A DNA stretch of 48,070 nt, taken from Gammaproteobacteria bacterium (GTDB lineage Bacteria > Pseudomonadota > Gammaproteobacteria > UBA5335 > SLRW01). Position 1 is the first letter of the stretch; each line of letters begins with the position of its first letter. Shown piece after piece: positions 8,340 through 17,987 of the stretch. The notes below the pieces were generated by a model. That model saw nothing but the letters and a program-made list of their open reading frames with translations. It was not told the origin of the DNA and did not search any database. Location: NCBI GenBank assembly GCA_007130745.1, contig SLRW01000099.1, positions 1-48,070 on the forward strand, written 5' to 3'. The position numbers were made by a program, and so were the translations under genes.

Positions 8340-9089
8340 TCAGGCGGAGTCTGCCGGGGAGTTGTCGGATGCCCGGATGTGCCGGCCGTTTTGCCTCTTG
8401 CTGTCTGGTCCCAGCAGATAGAGATAGGATGCCACGATGCTTTCGGGTGCCGGGAAATCGCTGGAAGGCGTGCCTGTGGCGATGGTAGTGCGCAACTGGG
8501 TGCCTACCTGGCCGGGGTCAATGGTGTTGACCCGGATGGGTGTATTGGCCTCGCTTTCCTGCGCCAGCATCTGCGCCAGCCCCTGCTGGGCCCACTTGCA
8601 GGCGCCGTAGGCGCCGTAATAAGCCCGACCTTCCAGGGCCGCGCCATCCAGAGTGAATACCACCGAGGCATCTGCCGATTTCTTCAGCAAGGGCAGGCAG
8701 GCCTGGGTGAGCAGAAAAGGTGCATTGAGGTTGACCTGTACTGCTCGCAACCATTCCTGCAGGGGCAGGTTGGCCAGCGGCGTGAGTCCGTGCAGCAAGG
8801 CAGCATTGTGCAGCAGGCCGTCAAGGCGCCCGAAATTTTCGTCCAGTGTCTGGGCCAGTTGGGCATAGGCCTCGGGGGGTTCGCTTTCGAGCTTGAAATG
8901 ACAGATGGCCGGTTCCGGGCCACCGGCTTCGACGATGCCGTCATAGACGCGTTCCAGGCCGCGCGCGCTACGCCCGAGCAGGGCCACGGTAGCGCCGTGC
9001 GCGGCCAGTGCCCTTGAAACAGCTGCGCCGATGCCGCCACCGGCGCCAGTGACGAGAATAATGCGGTCAGTCAGATCGGGTGCTGGCAT
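8340..9089 (-). CDS. yciK: Short-chain dehydrogenase/reductase, YciK-like
   Basis: It has the Rossmann motif ILVTGAGGGIGAA, NAA, and YGACKWAQ (the YxxxK catalytic pair). Confidence 0.8.
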   Translation of the reverse strand: MPAPDLTDRIILVTGAGGGIGAAVSRALAAHGATVALLGRSARGLERVYDGIVEAGGPEPAICHFKLESEPPEAYAQLAQTLDENFGRLDGLLHNAALLHGLTPLANLPLQEWLRAVQVNLNAPFLLTQACLPLLKKSADASVVFTLDGAALEGRAYYGAYGACKWAQQGLAQMLAQESEANTPIRVNTIDPGQVGTQLRTTIATGTPSSDFPAPESIVASYLYLLGPDSKRQNGRHIRASDNSPADSA

Positions 9090-9194
9090 GAATCAATTTT
9101 CCTTGGCTTTTGGCGACTTGCCGGTTCGGGATCAAGGCGCAAGATCATAACGCCTTCCCCAGCCTGTTTATATCCCCGGCAGAGTTCGGAGTGA

Positions 9195-10046
9195 TCAACT
9201 GCTTCGGCGTTTTTGTTCAGCCCTGCCTGCGCGCCAGGCCAGCCACAGGCGTTGTATTGGTGACAAACGCACAGGCCGGGCAAGGATCTCGAAATCGTGA
9301 TGCCGGATTTTCTCGAGCAGCGCCGTGATCAGGTGCAGTTCCGTCACGGCTGCGCGTTGGCGGTAGCGATCGCGCTCCGGCAGCAGCTTTGCGGCTTCTT
9401 CCGCCTGTTCATGCGCATGCTGATGCAATTCGCCCAGCAAGGCGCGCAGGGCAGGCGAGGTGCGTTGAGCGCCCAGGTCGGCCGGTGGCACTTCAAAGCG
9501 CTGGAGCATGGACTGGGGCAGGCGCAGGTGCTCGCGGCGGTAGTCTTCGCCGGCATTGACAATCACTTGCAGCAGCCCGGCGGCGGTGCCGTGGCCGCGG
9601 GCGAACCTGAGGGTGTCGTGATCCTCGTAGCCGCAGATGCCGGCGCAGATGATGCGGGTCATGCTGTCCAGTCGATGGCAGCGCAGCAGCAGGGCTTCGA
9701 GGTCTTGGTAGCCGGTTGGCGACAGGTCCAGGGTCGCACCCTCGACCATTTCCAGTAAATACTCCAGCTTGATGTCATGTGCGCGCATCAGCGGCGCCAG
9801 TGCTCGGCTGACCGGATGGCTGGGCTGGTTGTCAGCGCAGGCCGTCAGTTCCTGGCGCCACCAGCCCAGGCGTGCATGGGCCACACTTTCGTCGCTGGCC
9901 TGGTGGACTGAATCCAGTAGCTCCGCATGCAGGGCGTGGATGGTCAGTGCCGCCTCGCGGGTGGCGGGGTCGCCAAAAAGCGTGGCGATACGCACATCCG
10001 GCAGGCGCGCAAACACCTTGCGTTCGACGTATTGCCGCGGTGTCAT
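9195..10046 (-). CDS. Squalene/phytoene synthase family protein with a degenerate first Asp-rich motif
   Basis: It is all-helical and the right length for the SQS/PSY family. WWRQEL, a retained NAGEDYRREHLRLP (second motif region) and helices resembling the isoprenoid synthase fold are present. Its ATGA start overlaps the rmuC stop. Confidence 0.6.
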   Translation of the reverse strand: MTPRQYVERKVFARLPDVRIATLFGDPATREAALTIHALHAELLDSVHQASDESVAHARLGWWRQELTACADNQPSHPVSRALAPLMRAHDIKLEYLLEMVEGATLDLSPTGYQDLEALLLRCHRLDSMTRIICAGICGYEDHDTLRFARGHGTAAGLLQVIVNAGEDYRREHLRLPQSMLQRFEVPPADLGAQRTSPALRALLGELHQHAHEQAEEAAKLLPERDRYRQRAAVTELHLITALLEKIRHHDFEILARPVRLSPIQRLWLAWRAGRAEQKRRSS

Positions 10047-11323
10047 TCGTTACGGTCCGGGGTGATCTGCCGGGTGGTTTTTTCCAGTTGCTCGGGTTGC
10101 TCAATCTTTTTGGAGCTCTGGATGCCCATTTCCGGGAAGCGTCTGGCACCCGGCATCACCTGGCGTTCCAGGGAGCCTACGGCACTATTGTAGTGTTTGA
10201 CGGTGGAATCCAGGGACTTGCCCACTCGACCGAGGTGTTCGGCGAAAGTGGCCAGGCGGCGGTAGAGCTCCTCGCCGGTCTCGCGAATCTTCTCGGCGTT
10301 TTCAGCCACACTGAGCTGACGCCAGCCGTAGGCCACGGCCCGCAACAGGGCGATGAAGCTGGTAGGTGTGGCCAGTACGATCTGCTGGCGCAGAGCGTCT
10401 TCCAGCAGACTGTCGTCGACGTCCATGGCGGCGGAAAGAAACTGGTCGCCGGGAATGAACAGCACCACGAAATCCGGCGTCTTGCTGAAGCTGTCCCAGT
10501 AGGACTTGCTGGCCAGTTCCCGGACCCGTTCGCGCACCTTGCGGGCATGGTGCTTGAGATGCAGCTGACGGTCGGTCTCGTTGTCGGCCTCGATCGCGCT
10601 CAGGTAACTGTCCAGCGGCGTCTTGACGTCCACCACGATTTCACGGTTTTCCGGCATGCGAATGATCATGTCGGGCCGGACCGCGGTATCACCGGTACCG
10701 GTGCGGCGATGTTCTTCCTCGTAGAAGTCGCAGTGGTCCACCATGCCGGCCAGCTCGGCCAGTCGACGCAGTGACAGCTGCCCCCACTGGCCGCGTACTT
10801 CCGGCCGCCGCAGCGCCTTGACCAGACGGGCCGTCTCGTTTTGCAGCTCGCGCTGGGTGTCGGTCATCTGGCGCAGATAATTCTCGATGGAGCCATAGGA
10901 CTGGCGGCGTTCCTTTTCCACCTCGTGCAGATGGCGTTCGGTTTTCTCCAGTGCCTCGCGCACCGGCTTGACCAGGTCTTCAACTGCTTTCTGGCGCTCG
11001 CCCAGATCAGCACGCGCGCCCATCTGGAACTGGGCCAGCTTTTCCTGCGCCAGGCTGAGGAATTGTTCGGAGTTGTGCTTGAACTGATCCCGGGAGAGCT
11101 GGTTGAAGGTGTTGGCCAGCTGTTCGCGCGATTCGGCCAGCATCTGTTCGAGCTGGTGGCCGCCACGGCGTTCGGCTTCAAGCTCCGAATGCAGGCGAAT
11201 GTTATCGCTTTCCAGCTGGCGCAACCGGCGCTGGGTAAACATCCAGGTAATCAGTGCCCCGGTGGCCAGGGCCACGGCAACAGCCACCAGTGCGGGCCAT
11301 TGGGTCTGCAGCCAGTCCAGCAT
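10043..11323 (-). CDS. rmuC: DNA recombination protein RmuC
   Basis: It has an N-terminal TM helix, a long coiled-coil, and a C-terminal RmuC nuclease-like region (PDMIIRMPENREIVVDVKTPL...DFVVLFIPGDQF). Confidence 0.88.
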   Translation of the reverse strand: MLDWLQTQWPALVAVAVALATGALITWMFTQRRLRQLESDNIRLHSELEAERRGGHQLEQMLAESREQLANTFNQLSRDQFKHNSEQFLSLAQEKLAQFQMGARADLGERQKAVEDLVKPVREALEKTERHLHEVEKERRQSYGSIENYLRQMTDTQRELQNETARLVKALRRPEVRGQWGQLSLRRLAELAGMVDHCDFYEEEHRRTGTGDTAVRPDMIIRMPENREIVVDVKTPLDSYLSAIEADNETDRQLHLKHHARKVRERVRELASKSYWDSFSKTPDFVVLFIPGDQFLSAAMDVDDSLLEDALRQQIVLATPTSFIALLRAVAYGWRQLSVAENAEKIRETGEELYRRLATFAEHLGRVGKSLDSTVKHYNSAVGSLERQVMPGARRFPEMGIQSSKKIEQPEQLEKTTRQITPDRNE

Positions 11324-11985
11324 CAGTGCGTCTCCAGCCAGTCCAGAATGTCGCCGGGCTGTTCAATATAGCCGTCGGCGGCCCAGGTGCGAGGGTCGCC
11401 ATCATCACCAAGATAGCCGAAAAGGGCGACCAGGTTCACGGTGCCAGCGCCGCGACCGGCGATGATGTCACGCCGGTCATCGCCCACAAACAGGCATTGT
11501 TGCGGCGCCAGTCCCAGAGACTGGCAAGCATGCAGTACCGGTGCCGGGTGGGGTTTGCGCTCACTCAGGGTGTCGCCGCTGACCACGCAGGCAGCCTGTT
11601 CGAGTATACCCAGACCCTCAAGCACCGGGCGGGTGAAGCGCGCCGGTTTGTTGGTTACCACCCCCCAGGGGACACCGGCCTCCTGCAAGCGGGTCAGCGT
11701 TTCGGTCATGCCCGGGAAAAGGCAGGTGTGATGTACGGGCTGTTCGGCATAGATCTGCAGAAAGCGTTCGCGAAGCTGCTCCAGTCGGGGGGCTTTCAGG
11801 TCCGCGCCGAACGCCAGCTTGAGCAGGCCGACGGCGCCGGTGGAGACGTATGGGCGAATACGTGCGTCGTTCAGTGGGGGTTGTTCGTGTTCGGACAGCA
11901 CCCGGTTGAGCGCCGCCCCCATATCCGGCGCGGTATCGGCCAGGGTGCCGTCAAGATCCAGCAAGACTGCCCGCAGCTCGCTCAT
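11323..11985 (-). CDS. mupP: HAD-superfamily phosphatase (phosphoglycolate phosphatase / MurNAc-6-P phosphatase MupP type)
   Basis: It has HAD motif I (LLDLDGTLADT), VVTNKP and FVGDDRRDI. The position directly downstream of ubiG matches the Pseudomonas ubiG-mupP arrangement. The symbol rests on synteny only. Confidence 0.7.
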   Translation of the reverse strand: MSELRAVLLDLDGTLADTAPDMGAALNRVLSEHEQPPLNDARIRPYVSTGAVGLLKLAFGADLKAPRLEQLRERFLQIYAEQPVHHTCLFPGMTETLTRLQEAGVPWGVVTNKPARFTRPVLEGLGILEQAACVVSGDTLSERKPHPAPVLHACQSLGLAPQQCLFVGDDRRDIIAGRGAGTVNLVALFGYLGDDGDPRTWAADGYIEQPGDILDWLETH

Positions 11986-12698
11986 TGCTCCATCCGTCGA
12001 CAGCTCATGAAATAGTTAACCTCGACCCCGGGCCCCAGACGGAAAACATCCGTCAGGGGGTTGTAGTGAAGGCCGGTGAGGTCGGTGATTTCCAGTCCCG
12101 AATCGCGCGCCGGGGTGGCGATCTCGGAGGGGCGCAGCAGTCGTTCATAGCTGTGGGTGCCGCGTGGGACCATGCCCAGCAGGTGTTCGGCAGCCACAAT
12201 CGCCAGCGCCCAGGCTCGCGGCGTGCGATTGATGGTGGAAAAAATCACATGCCCGCCGGGGCGAACCAGCTGGCCGCAGGCGCGAACAATAGCCGCTGGA
12301 GCGGGGACATGCTCCAGCATCTCCAGACAGGTGACCAGGTCAAAGCTTGTCGGTTGTTCTGCAGCCAGCGCCTCGGCGGCTATTTGGCGATAGTTGATTT
12401 CCAGGCCGCTTTGCGTGGCATGTTTGTGGGCCACGGCCAGCGCCTCTGACGCCAGATCAATGCCGGTAACCTGTGCGCCGCGTTCGGCCATGCCTTCGCT
12501 GAGCAAACCACCACCACAGCCCACATCCAGCACCCGCAGATCACGCAGCCCACCGCACTGACGCTCGATATAATCCAGGCGCAGGGGGTTGATGCGATGC
12601 AGAGGCGCTGAACTGCCGTGTGGATCCCACCACTCGGTCGCCAGCGCATCAAAGTGGGCGATTTCACGGCTGTCGATATTTTCGCCGGGAGTGTTCAT
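11982..12698 (-). CDS. ubiG: Bifunctional 3-demethylubiquinol / 2-polyprenyl-6-hydroxyphenol O-methyltransferase
   Basis: EIAHFDALATEWWDPHGSSAPLHRINPLRLDYI and the SAM motif VLDVGCGGGLLSE. Its start overlaps the mtaD stop by 4 nt, and its stop overlaps the mupP start by 4 nt. Confidence 0.92.
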   Translation of the reverse strand: MNTPGENIDSREIAHFDALATEWWDPHGSSAPLHRINPLRLDYIERQCGGLRDLRVLDVGCGGGLLSEGMAERGAQVTGIDLASEALAVAHKHATQSGLEINYRQIAAEALAAEQPTSFDLVTCLEMLEHVPAPAAIVRACGQLVRPGGHVIFSTINRTPRAWALAIVAAEHLLGMVPRGTHSYERLLRPSEIATPARDSGLEITDLTGLHYNPLTDVFRLGPGVEVNYFMSCRRMEQ

Positions 12699-14047
12699 GA
12701 GGTTGTCGCGTCCTGTTCACCGGCGCCGGCGCTGATGCGCTCGCCCCATTGCCTGGCGCGTGCGATCACCGCTGTCTCATCCATCTGTGTGAGCACGCCG
12801 CTGGAAAGCAACTGGCGGCCGGCGACCCAGGCATCGCTGACATGACCGCGATGCGCGGTATAGACCAGATGGGATATGGGGTTGAAGACCGGCACCATAT
12901 CCGCGCCATCCATGCGCACTGCCGCCAGGTCGGCCTTTTTGCCGGCTTCGATAGAACCAATTTCCTGCTCCAGGCCCAGTGCCCTGGCGCCCCCCAGGGT
13001 GGCCATGCGCAATACCCGCCAGGCGGGCAGGGCATCGGCGCGGCCGCTGGCTACTTTGGCCAGCAGGGCTGCGCTGCGCATTTCACCAAACATGTCCAGA
13101 TCGTTGTTGCTGGCATTGCCGTCGGTGCCCAGGGCGATATTGACGCCGGCGGCATCCAGTTCGGTGACAGGGCAGATGCCGCTGGCCAGTTTCATGTTGG
13201 ATTCCGGACAGTGCAGCACGTGGACTCCGGCTTCTGCTATCCGGGCGATTTCGCTTTCGTTGAGCTGGGTCATGTGCACGGCCAGCAGGCCGGGGTTAAG
13301 CATGCCCAGGCCGTCGAGGCGGGCCAGTGGCCTGATGCCCAGTTGGCTGACGCCTTGTTCGACTTCGTCGGCGGTTTCATGCACATGAATGTGGATGGGC
13401 ACATCAAGCTCGTCGGCACAGGTGCGGATACGCTGCAGGGGCTCGTCCGATACGGTGTACGGGGCGTGGGGCGCAAAAGCGGTGGTGATCAGCGGGTGAT
13501 GGCGGTATTCATCATGAACTGCCAGCCCCTTTGACAGGTACTCGTCGGGGTTGGCGGCCCATGCGGTGGGGAAATCCAGCATGATCATGCCCACGCAGGC
13601 GCGAATGCCGTGGCGGGCGGCGCGTTCGGCCACCCGGTCCGGGAAGAAATACATATCGTTGAAACAGGTGGTGCCGCCGCGCAGCATCTCGGCAATCGCC
13701 AGGTCGGTGCCGTCACTGACAAAGTCGCTGTTCACCCAGCGGCTTTCAGCCGGGACGATGTGTTCCTGCAGCCACTGCATCAGGGGCAGATCGTCGGCGA
13801 AGCCGCGCAACAGGGACATAGCCGCATGGGTGTGGGCATTGACGAGCCCCGGGATCAGCGCGTGCTGATCCCGGGTGATTTCATTTTTTGCCTGGTAACG
13901 GCTGGCCGCCTGACTGGTGGGTAATACCTCGATGATGCGGCCGCTTTCATCCACGGCGACGCAGTGCGCTTCAAGCACGCTGTTGTTGTCGTCCACCGGG
14001 ATCACCCAGCGGGCATGTATGAGGGTGTCAATCTGCTGCATGGTCAC
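12695..14047 (-). CDS. mtaD: TRZ/ATZ-family amidohydrolase (5-methylthioadenosine/S-adenosylhomocysteine deaminase type)
   Basis: It has the metal-binding HxH (LVNAHTHAAMSLLRG), HIHVHET and LGTDGNASNN. It is divergent from mtnA. Confidence 0.82.
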   Translation of the reverse strand: MTMQQIDTLIHARWVIPVDDNNSVLEAHCVAVDESGRIIEVLPTSQAASRYQAKNEITRDQHALIPGLVNAHTHAAMSLLRGFADDLPLMQWLQEHIVPAESRWVNSDFVSDGTDLAIAEMLRGGTTCFNDMYFFPDRVAERAARHGIRACVGMIMLDFPTAWAANPDEYLSKGLAVHDEYRHHPLITTAFAPHAPYTVSDEPLQRIRTCADELDVPIHIHVHETADEVEQGVSQLGIRPLARLDGLGMLNPGLLAVHMTQLNESEIARIAEAGVHVLHCPESNMKLASGICPVTELDAAGVNIALGTDGNASNNDLDMFGEMRSAALLAKVASGRADALPAWRVLRMATLGGARALGLEQEIGSIEAGKKADLAAVRMDGADMVPVFNPISHLVYTAHRGHVSDAWVAGRQLLSSGVLTQMDETAVIARARQWGERISAGAGEQDATTS

Positions 14048-14171
14048 CGGTTCCTGCGCGTCGGTTGATGACTGGGTGCCAGGCAGATTCTACGCGTAAA
14101 GCCAATCTGATTTCAGGTCAATGTGATGACAGTCCGTTACAATGCCCGCTCCAGGATGCCGGGAAACCTTG

Positions 14172-15215
14172 ATGACGATAGCAACCATGCAACACGATTC
14201 GGTGCGTGCAGTTGAATGGTGTGATGATGCCCTGATGCTGCTGGATCAACGCCGGCTGCCGGCGGAAACAGCGTATTTGAGGCTGGAAAATGTACCGGCG
14301 GTGGTGGCTGCCATACGCAATATGAGCGTGCGCGGAGCACCGGCGATTGGCGTTACCGCGGCCTATGCCATGGTGCTGGCGGCGCGGGCCATCCCCGACT
14401 GTGAGGTGGCCGGCTGGCTGGGGGCAATGGAAAAGGCTCGCGAGCGCCTGGCGGCGGCGCGGCCGACTGCCGTGAATCTGGACTGGGCGTTGGCGGCCAT
14501 GATGGCCGTGGCGCATGAGTATCCGCGGGATCAGCAGGCTTTGCTGGCCGAAGCCAGGCGGATTCACGAAGCGGATATCGCCGGCAACCGGCGTATGGGC
14601 GAACTGGGTTCGGAGCTGATTTCCGCTGACAGTGTGGTGCTTACTCACTGCAATACCGGCGCTCTGGCGACGGGCGGTTATGGTACGGCGCTGGGGGTCA
14701 TCCGGGCCGCGGCGGCGACGGGCAAGATCAGGGAGGTGCTGGTTGATGAGACCCGACCCTGGTTACAGGGCGCACGTCTGACGGCCTGGGAGCTACACCG
14801 CGAAGGCATTCCCGCGCGCCTGATAGTGGATTCGGCCGCGGCCCTGTTCATGGCCCGCGGGGGAGTCAGCTGGGTGATCGTGGGGGCGGATCGCGTTGCC
14901 GCCAATGGCGATGTGGCCAACAAGATTGGCACCTATGCTCTGGCAGTGGCTGCACGCTATCACGGCGTGGGCTTTATGGTGGTGGCGCCGACGTCAACAG
15001 TGGATCTGGCCACGGCCACCGGTGAGGCGATTCCGATTGAGGAACGCGATGGTGCAGAGATCAGCGAGGGGGTCGATTTGCCGGCTTCGGTGGCCGTCTC
15101 CAACCCGGCATTTGACGTGACTCCGGCGGCTTTGGTGGATGTGCTGGTGACCGAACGCGGGGTGCTCAGGCAGCCTGACACCTGCGGTATTGATCGATTG
15201 ATGTCCGGGCTCTGA
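14172..15215 (+). CDS. mtnA: S-methyl-5-thioribose-1-phosphate isomerase
   Basis: It belongs to the eIF-2B alpha/beta/delta-like family (LLDQRRLP...[13 protein letters not shown]...RPTAVNL...[10 protein letters not shown]...[18 protein letters not shown]). I prefer the ATG at 14172 over 14142 because a TACAAT -10-like box (14138-14143) would overlap the earlier start. Confidence 0.88.
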   Translation: MTIATMQHDSVRAVEWCDDALMLLDQRRLPAETAYLRLENVPAVVAAIRNMSVRGAPAIGVTAAYAMVLAARAIPDCEVAGWLGAMEKARERLAAARPTAVNLDWALAAMMAVAHEYPRDQQALLAEARRIHEADIAGNRRMGELGSELISADSVVLTHCNTGALATGGYGTALGVIRAAAATGKIREVLVDETRPWLQGARLTAWELHREGIPARLIVDSAAALFMARGGVSWVIVGADRVAANGDVANKIGTYALAVAARYHGVGFMVVAPTSTVDLATATGEAIPIEERDGAEISEGVDLPASVAVSNPAFDVTPAALVDVLVTERGVLRQPDTCGIDRLMSGL

Positions 15216-15255
15216 TTCGGGTGTGTGAGAAGGCATTCGAACAGCCCGGCTTTAT

Positions 15256-15263
15256 GCTAGAAT
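15256..15263 (+). promoter_or_regulatory. Candidate extended -10 (TGCTAGAAT) upstream of gyrA
   Basis: TGnTAGAAT lies 100 nt upstream of the gyrA ATG. It sits inside an 8-bp inverted repeat, AGGCATTC (15231-15238) / GAATGCCT (15260-15267). Confidence 0.3.
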
Positions 15264-15362
15264 GCCTGCTTTGATTTGAGCACGCCCGGGGCGCCCGCTG
15301 AATAGCCTGGCGGGGTGGCGTTTTTTTCCGTTTTTAGCTGTTATCTGGGGTGGGTCAGCCTG

Positions 15363-17948
15363 ATGGCCGAGTTTGCCAAGGAAGTATTGGGGGTTAATCT
15401 CGAGGACGAGATGCGCCAGTCCTATCTGGATTACGCCATGAGCGTAATTGTAGGGCGGGCGCTGCCGGATGTGCGCGACGGACTCAAACCGGTGCATCGC
15501 CGGGTACTGTTCGCGATGAGCGTGCTCGGCAACGACTGGAACAAGTCCTACAAGAAATCCGCCCGCGTGGTGGGTGATGTGATCGGTAAATATCACCCGC
15601 ACGGTGATTCTGCCGTCTACGACACCATTGTGCGCATGGCCCAGCCTTTCTCCATGCGCGAGGTGCTGGTCGACGGGCAGGGCAACTTCGGTTCGGTGGA
15701 TGGCGATTCGGCCGCGGCCATGCGTTATACCGAAGTACGCATGGCTAAAATTGCCCATGAGCTGCTCGCTGATCTGGACAAGGAAACCGTCGATTTCATT
15801 CCCAACTATGATGAAACCGAATCCGAGCCGGCGGTTTTCCCCGCGCGCTTTCCCAATCTGCTGATCAACGGCTCATCGGGGATCGCGGTGGGTATGGCCA
15901 CCAACATCCCGCCGCACAACCTCAGTGAAGTCATCCATGCCTGCGAGGCCTTGATTGCTGATCCGGATCTGGGTGTGGAGGATCTGCTGACTTTTGTTCC
16001 CGGGCCGGATTTCCCCACTGCCGGCATTATTAACGGGGTGCAGGGCATACATGAGGCCTATCGTACCGGCCGGGGCCGGGTGCATGTGCGCGCACGCACC
16101 GAAATCGAGACAGATGAACTGCGCGGGGGCCGCCAGTCCATCATCGTTACCGAGTTGCCCTACCAGGTGAACAAGGCCCGCTTGCTGGAAAAAATCGCCG
16201 AGCTGGTCAAGGACAAGAAAATCGACGGCATCACCGAATTGCGCGATGAGTCCGACAAGGACGGTATGCGCATGGTGATCGAGTTGCGCCGCGGCGAGGT
16301 GCCCGAGGTGGTGCTCAATAACCTCTACCAGCAAACCCAGATGCAGACTGTCTTTGGCATCAATATGGTGGCGCTGGAAGACGGTCAGCCACGCATTCTT
16401 AATCTCAAGCAGATTCTGGAAGCCTTTATTCGTCATCGCCGCGAGGTGGTGACCCGGCGCACCATATTCGAGCTGCGCAAGGCCCGCGAGCGCGCCCATG
16501 TGCTGGAAGGCCTGGCGGTTGCACTGAGTAATATCGACGAGATAATTGCCCTGATCAAGGCTTCGCCTGGCCCGGCCGAGGCCCGCAGCGCCCTGCTGGC
16601 CCGGCCGTGGGAGCCCGGCGTGGTCAAGGCTATGCTGGATCGCGCCGGTGCCGATGCCTCGCGGCCTGAGGAGCTGGACAAGCAGTATGGGCTGGTGAAG
16701 GGCAAATACCAGCTCTCCCCGGTACAGGCCCAGGCCATCCTGGATCTGCGCCTGCATCGGCTGACCGGGCTGGAGCAGGACAAGATCCGTGGTGAATATG
16801 ACGAGCTGCTGGGCAAGGTCATGGAACTCAGCGAAATCCTGACCAATCCCGAGCGGCTGATGGAAGTGATCCGCGAGGAGCTGGTGGAGATTCGCGAACA
16901 GTACGCCAGCCCGCGGCGCACCGAGATTATGCAGCAGCACCTGGATCTCACGCTGGAGGACCTGATCAGCGAAGAGGACATGGTGGTCACGTTGAGTCAT
17001 TACGGCTACGTGAAGTCCCAGCCATTGGATGAGTACCGTGCCCAGCGCCGGGGTGGTCGCGGCAAGTCCGCCACCAGCCACAAGGACGAAGATTTTGTAG
17101 ACAAGCTGTTTGTGGCCAATACCCACGACACACTGCTGTGCTTTTCCAGCTACGGCAAGCTGTACTGGATCAAGGTCTACGAGCTGCCGGTGGGCAGCCG
17201 CAATTCGCGTGGCAAGCCTATCGTTAATCTGCTGCCGCTGGAGAAAGACGAGCGCATCAATGCGGTGCAGGCGGTGCGTGATTATCCCGCCGATACTTTC
17301 GTCTTCATGGCCACGCGCAACGGCACCGTCAAGAAAACCCCGCTGGCAGACTTCTCGCGCCCCCGCAGCACCGGCATTATCGCCCTGGCGCTGCGCGAGG
17401 ACGACTGCCTGGTGGATGTGGCGCTGACCGATGGCCAGTCCGATGTGATGCTGTTCTCCAATGCCGGCAAGGCGATCCGCTTCAAGGAAGGCGACGTGCG
17501 AGCGATGGGCCGGACCGCCGCCGGGGTGCGCGGTATTCGTCTGGGCGCCGGGCAGTCCGTGATCGGGCTGGTTGTCGGCGATCAAGGCGATGTGCTGTGT
17601 GTGACCGAACACGGTTATGGCAAGCGCACCGCAGTGTCGGAATATCCGCTGCGTGGCCGCGGCGGACAGGGGGTGATTACCATGCGCACCTCCGAGCGCA
17701 ATGGCGAAGTTGTGGGCGCTGTGCAGGTAGTCGAGGAGGACGGCATCATGCTGGTCAGCAATGGCGGCACCCTGATCCGTACCGAAGTCGACCAGGTGCC
17801 GCTGCTGGGCCGGGCCACGCAGGGTGTGCGCATGATCCGGCTGGGTGACGGCGAGTCCCTGGTTGCGGTAGAACGCATTCCCCGTCTTGACGGCAACGGT
17901 GAGGATGACAGCGAGGACGCTGAGGCTGATGCTGACGCCGAAGACTGA
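15363..17948 (+). CDS. gyrA: DNA gyrase subunit A
   Basis: [47 protein letters not shown], the [21 protein letters not shown] (with the Ser/Asp residues usually found in quinolone-susceptible enzymes), the active-site AAMRYTE, and an acidic C-terminal tail. The ATG at 15363 fits the conserved N-terminus. Confidence 0.97.
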   Translation: MAEFAKEVLGVNLEDEMRQSYLDYAMSVIVGRALPDVRDGLKPVHRRVLFAMSVLGNDWNKSYKKSARVVGDVIGKYHPHGDSAVYDTIVRMAQPFSMREVLVDGQGNFGSVDGDSAAAMRYTEVRMAKIAHELLADLDKETVDFIPNYDETESEPAVFPARFPNLLINGSSGIAVGMATNIPPHNLSEVIHACEALIADPDLGVEDLLTFVPGPDFPTAGIINGVQGIHEAYRTGRGRVHVRARTEIETDELRGGRQSIIVTELPYQVNKARLLEKIAELVKDKKIDGITELRDESDKDGMRMVIELRRGEVPEVVLNNLYQQTQMQTVFGINMVALEDGQPRILNLKQILEAFIRHRREVVTRRTIFELRKARERAHVLEGLAVALSNIDEIIALIKASPGPAEARSALLARPWEPGVVKAMLDRAGADASRPEELDKQYGLVKGKYQLSPVQAQAILDLRLHRLTGLEQDKIRGEYDELLGKVMELSEILTNPERLMEVIREELVEIREQYASPRRTEIMQQHLDLTLEDLISEEDMVVTLSHYGYVKSQPLDEYRAQRRGGRGKSATSHKDEDFVDKLFVANTHDTLLCFSSYGKLYWIKVYELPVGSRNSRGKPIVNLLPLEKDERINAVQAVRDYPADTFVFMATRNGTVKKTPLADFSRPRSTGIIALALREDDCLVDVALTDGQSDVMLFSNAGKAIRFKEGDVRAMGRTAAGVRGIRLGAGQSVIGLVVGDQGDVLCVTEHGYGKRTAVSEYPLRGRGGQGVITMRTSERNGEVVGAVQVVEEDGIMLVSNGGTLIRTEVDQVPLLGRATQGVRMIRLGDGESLVAVERIPRLDGNGEDDSEDAEADADAED

Positions 17949-17987
17949 TTCCCTATAACCAACCATAACGGCAATAACAGGAGCATC

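Noticed and set aside
17955-17978. Three ATAAC pentamers spaced 10 and 9 nt apart in the 39-bp gyrA-serC spacer.
   Set aside because: The repeat is too short and AT-simple to distinguish from chance in an AT-rich spacer just upstream of a ribosome-binding site (CAGGAG). It has no palindromic or promoter context.
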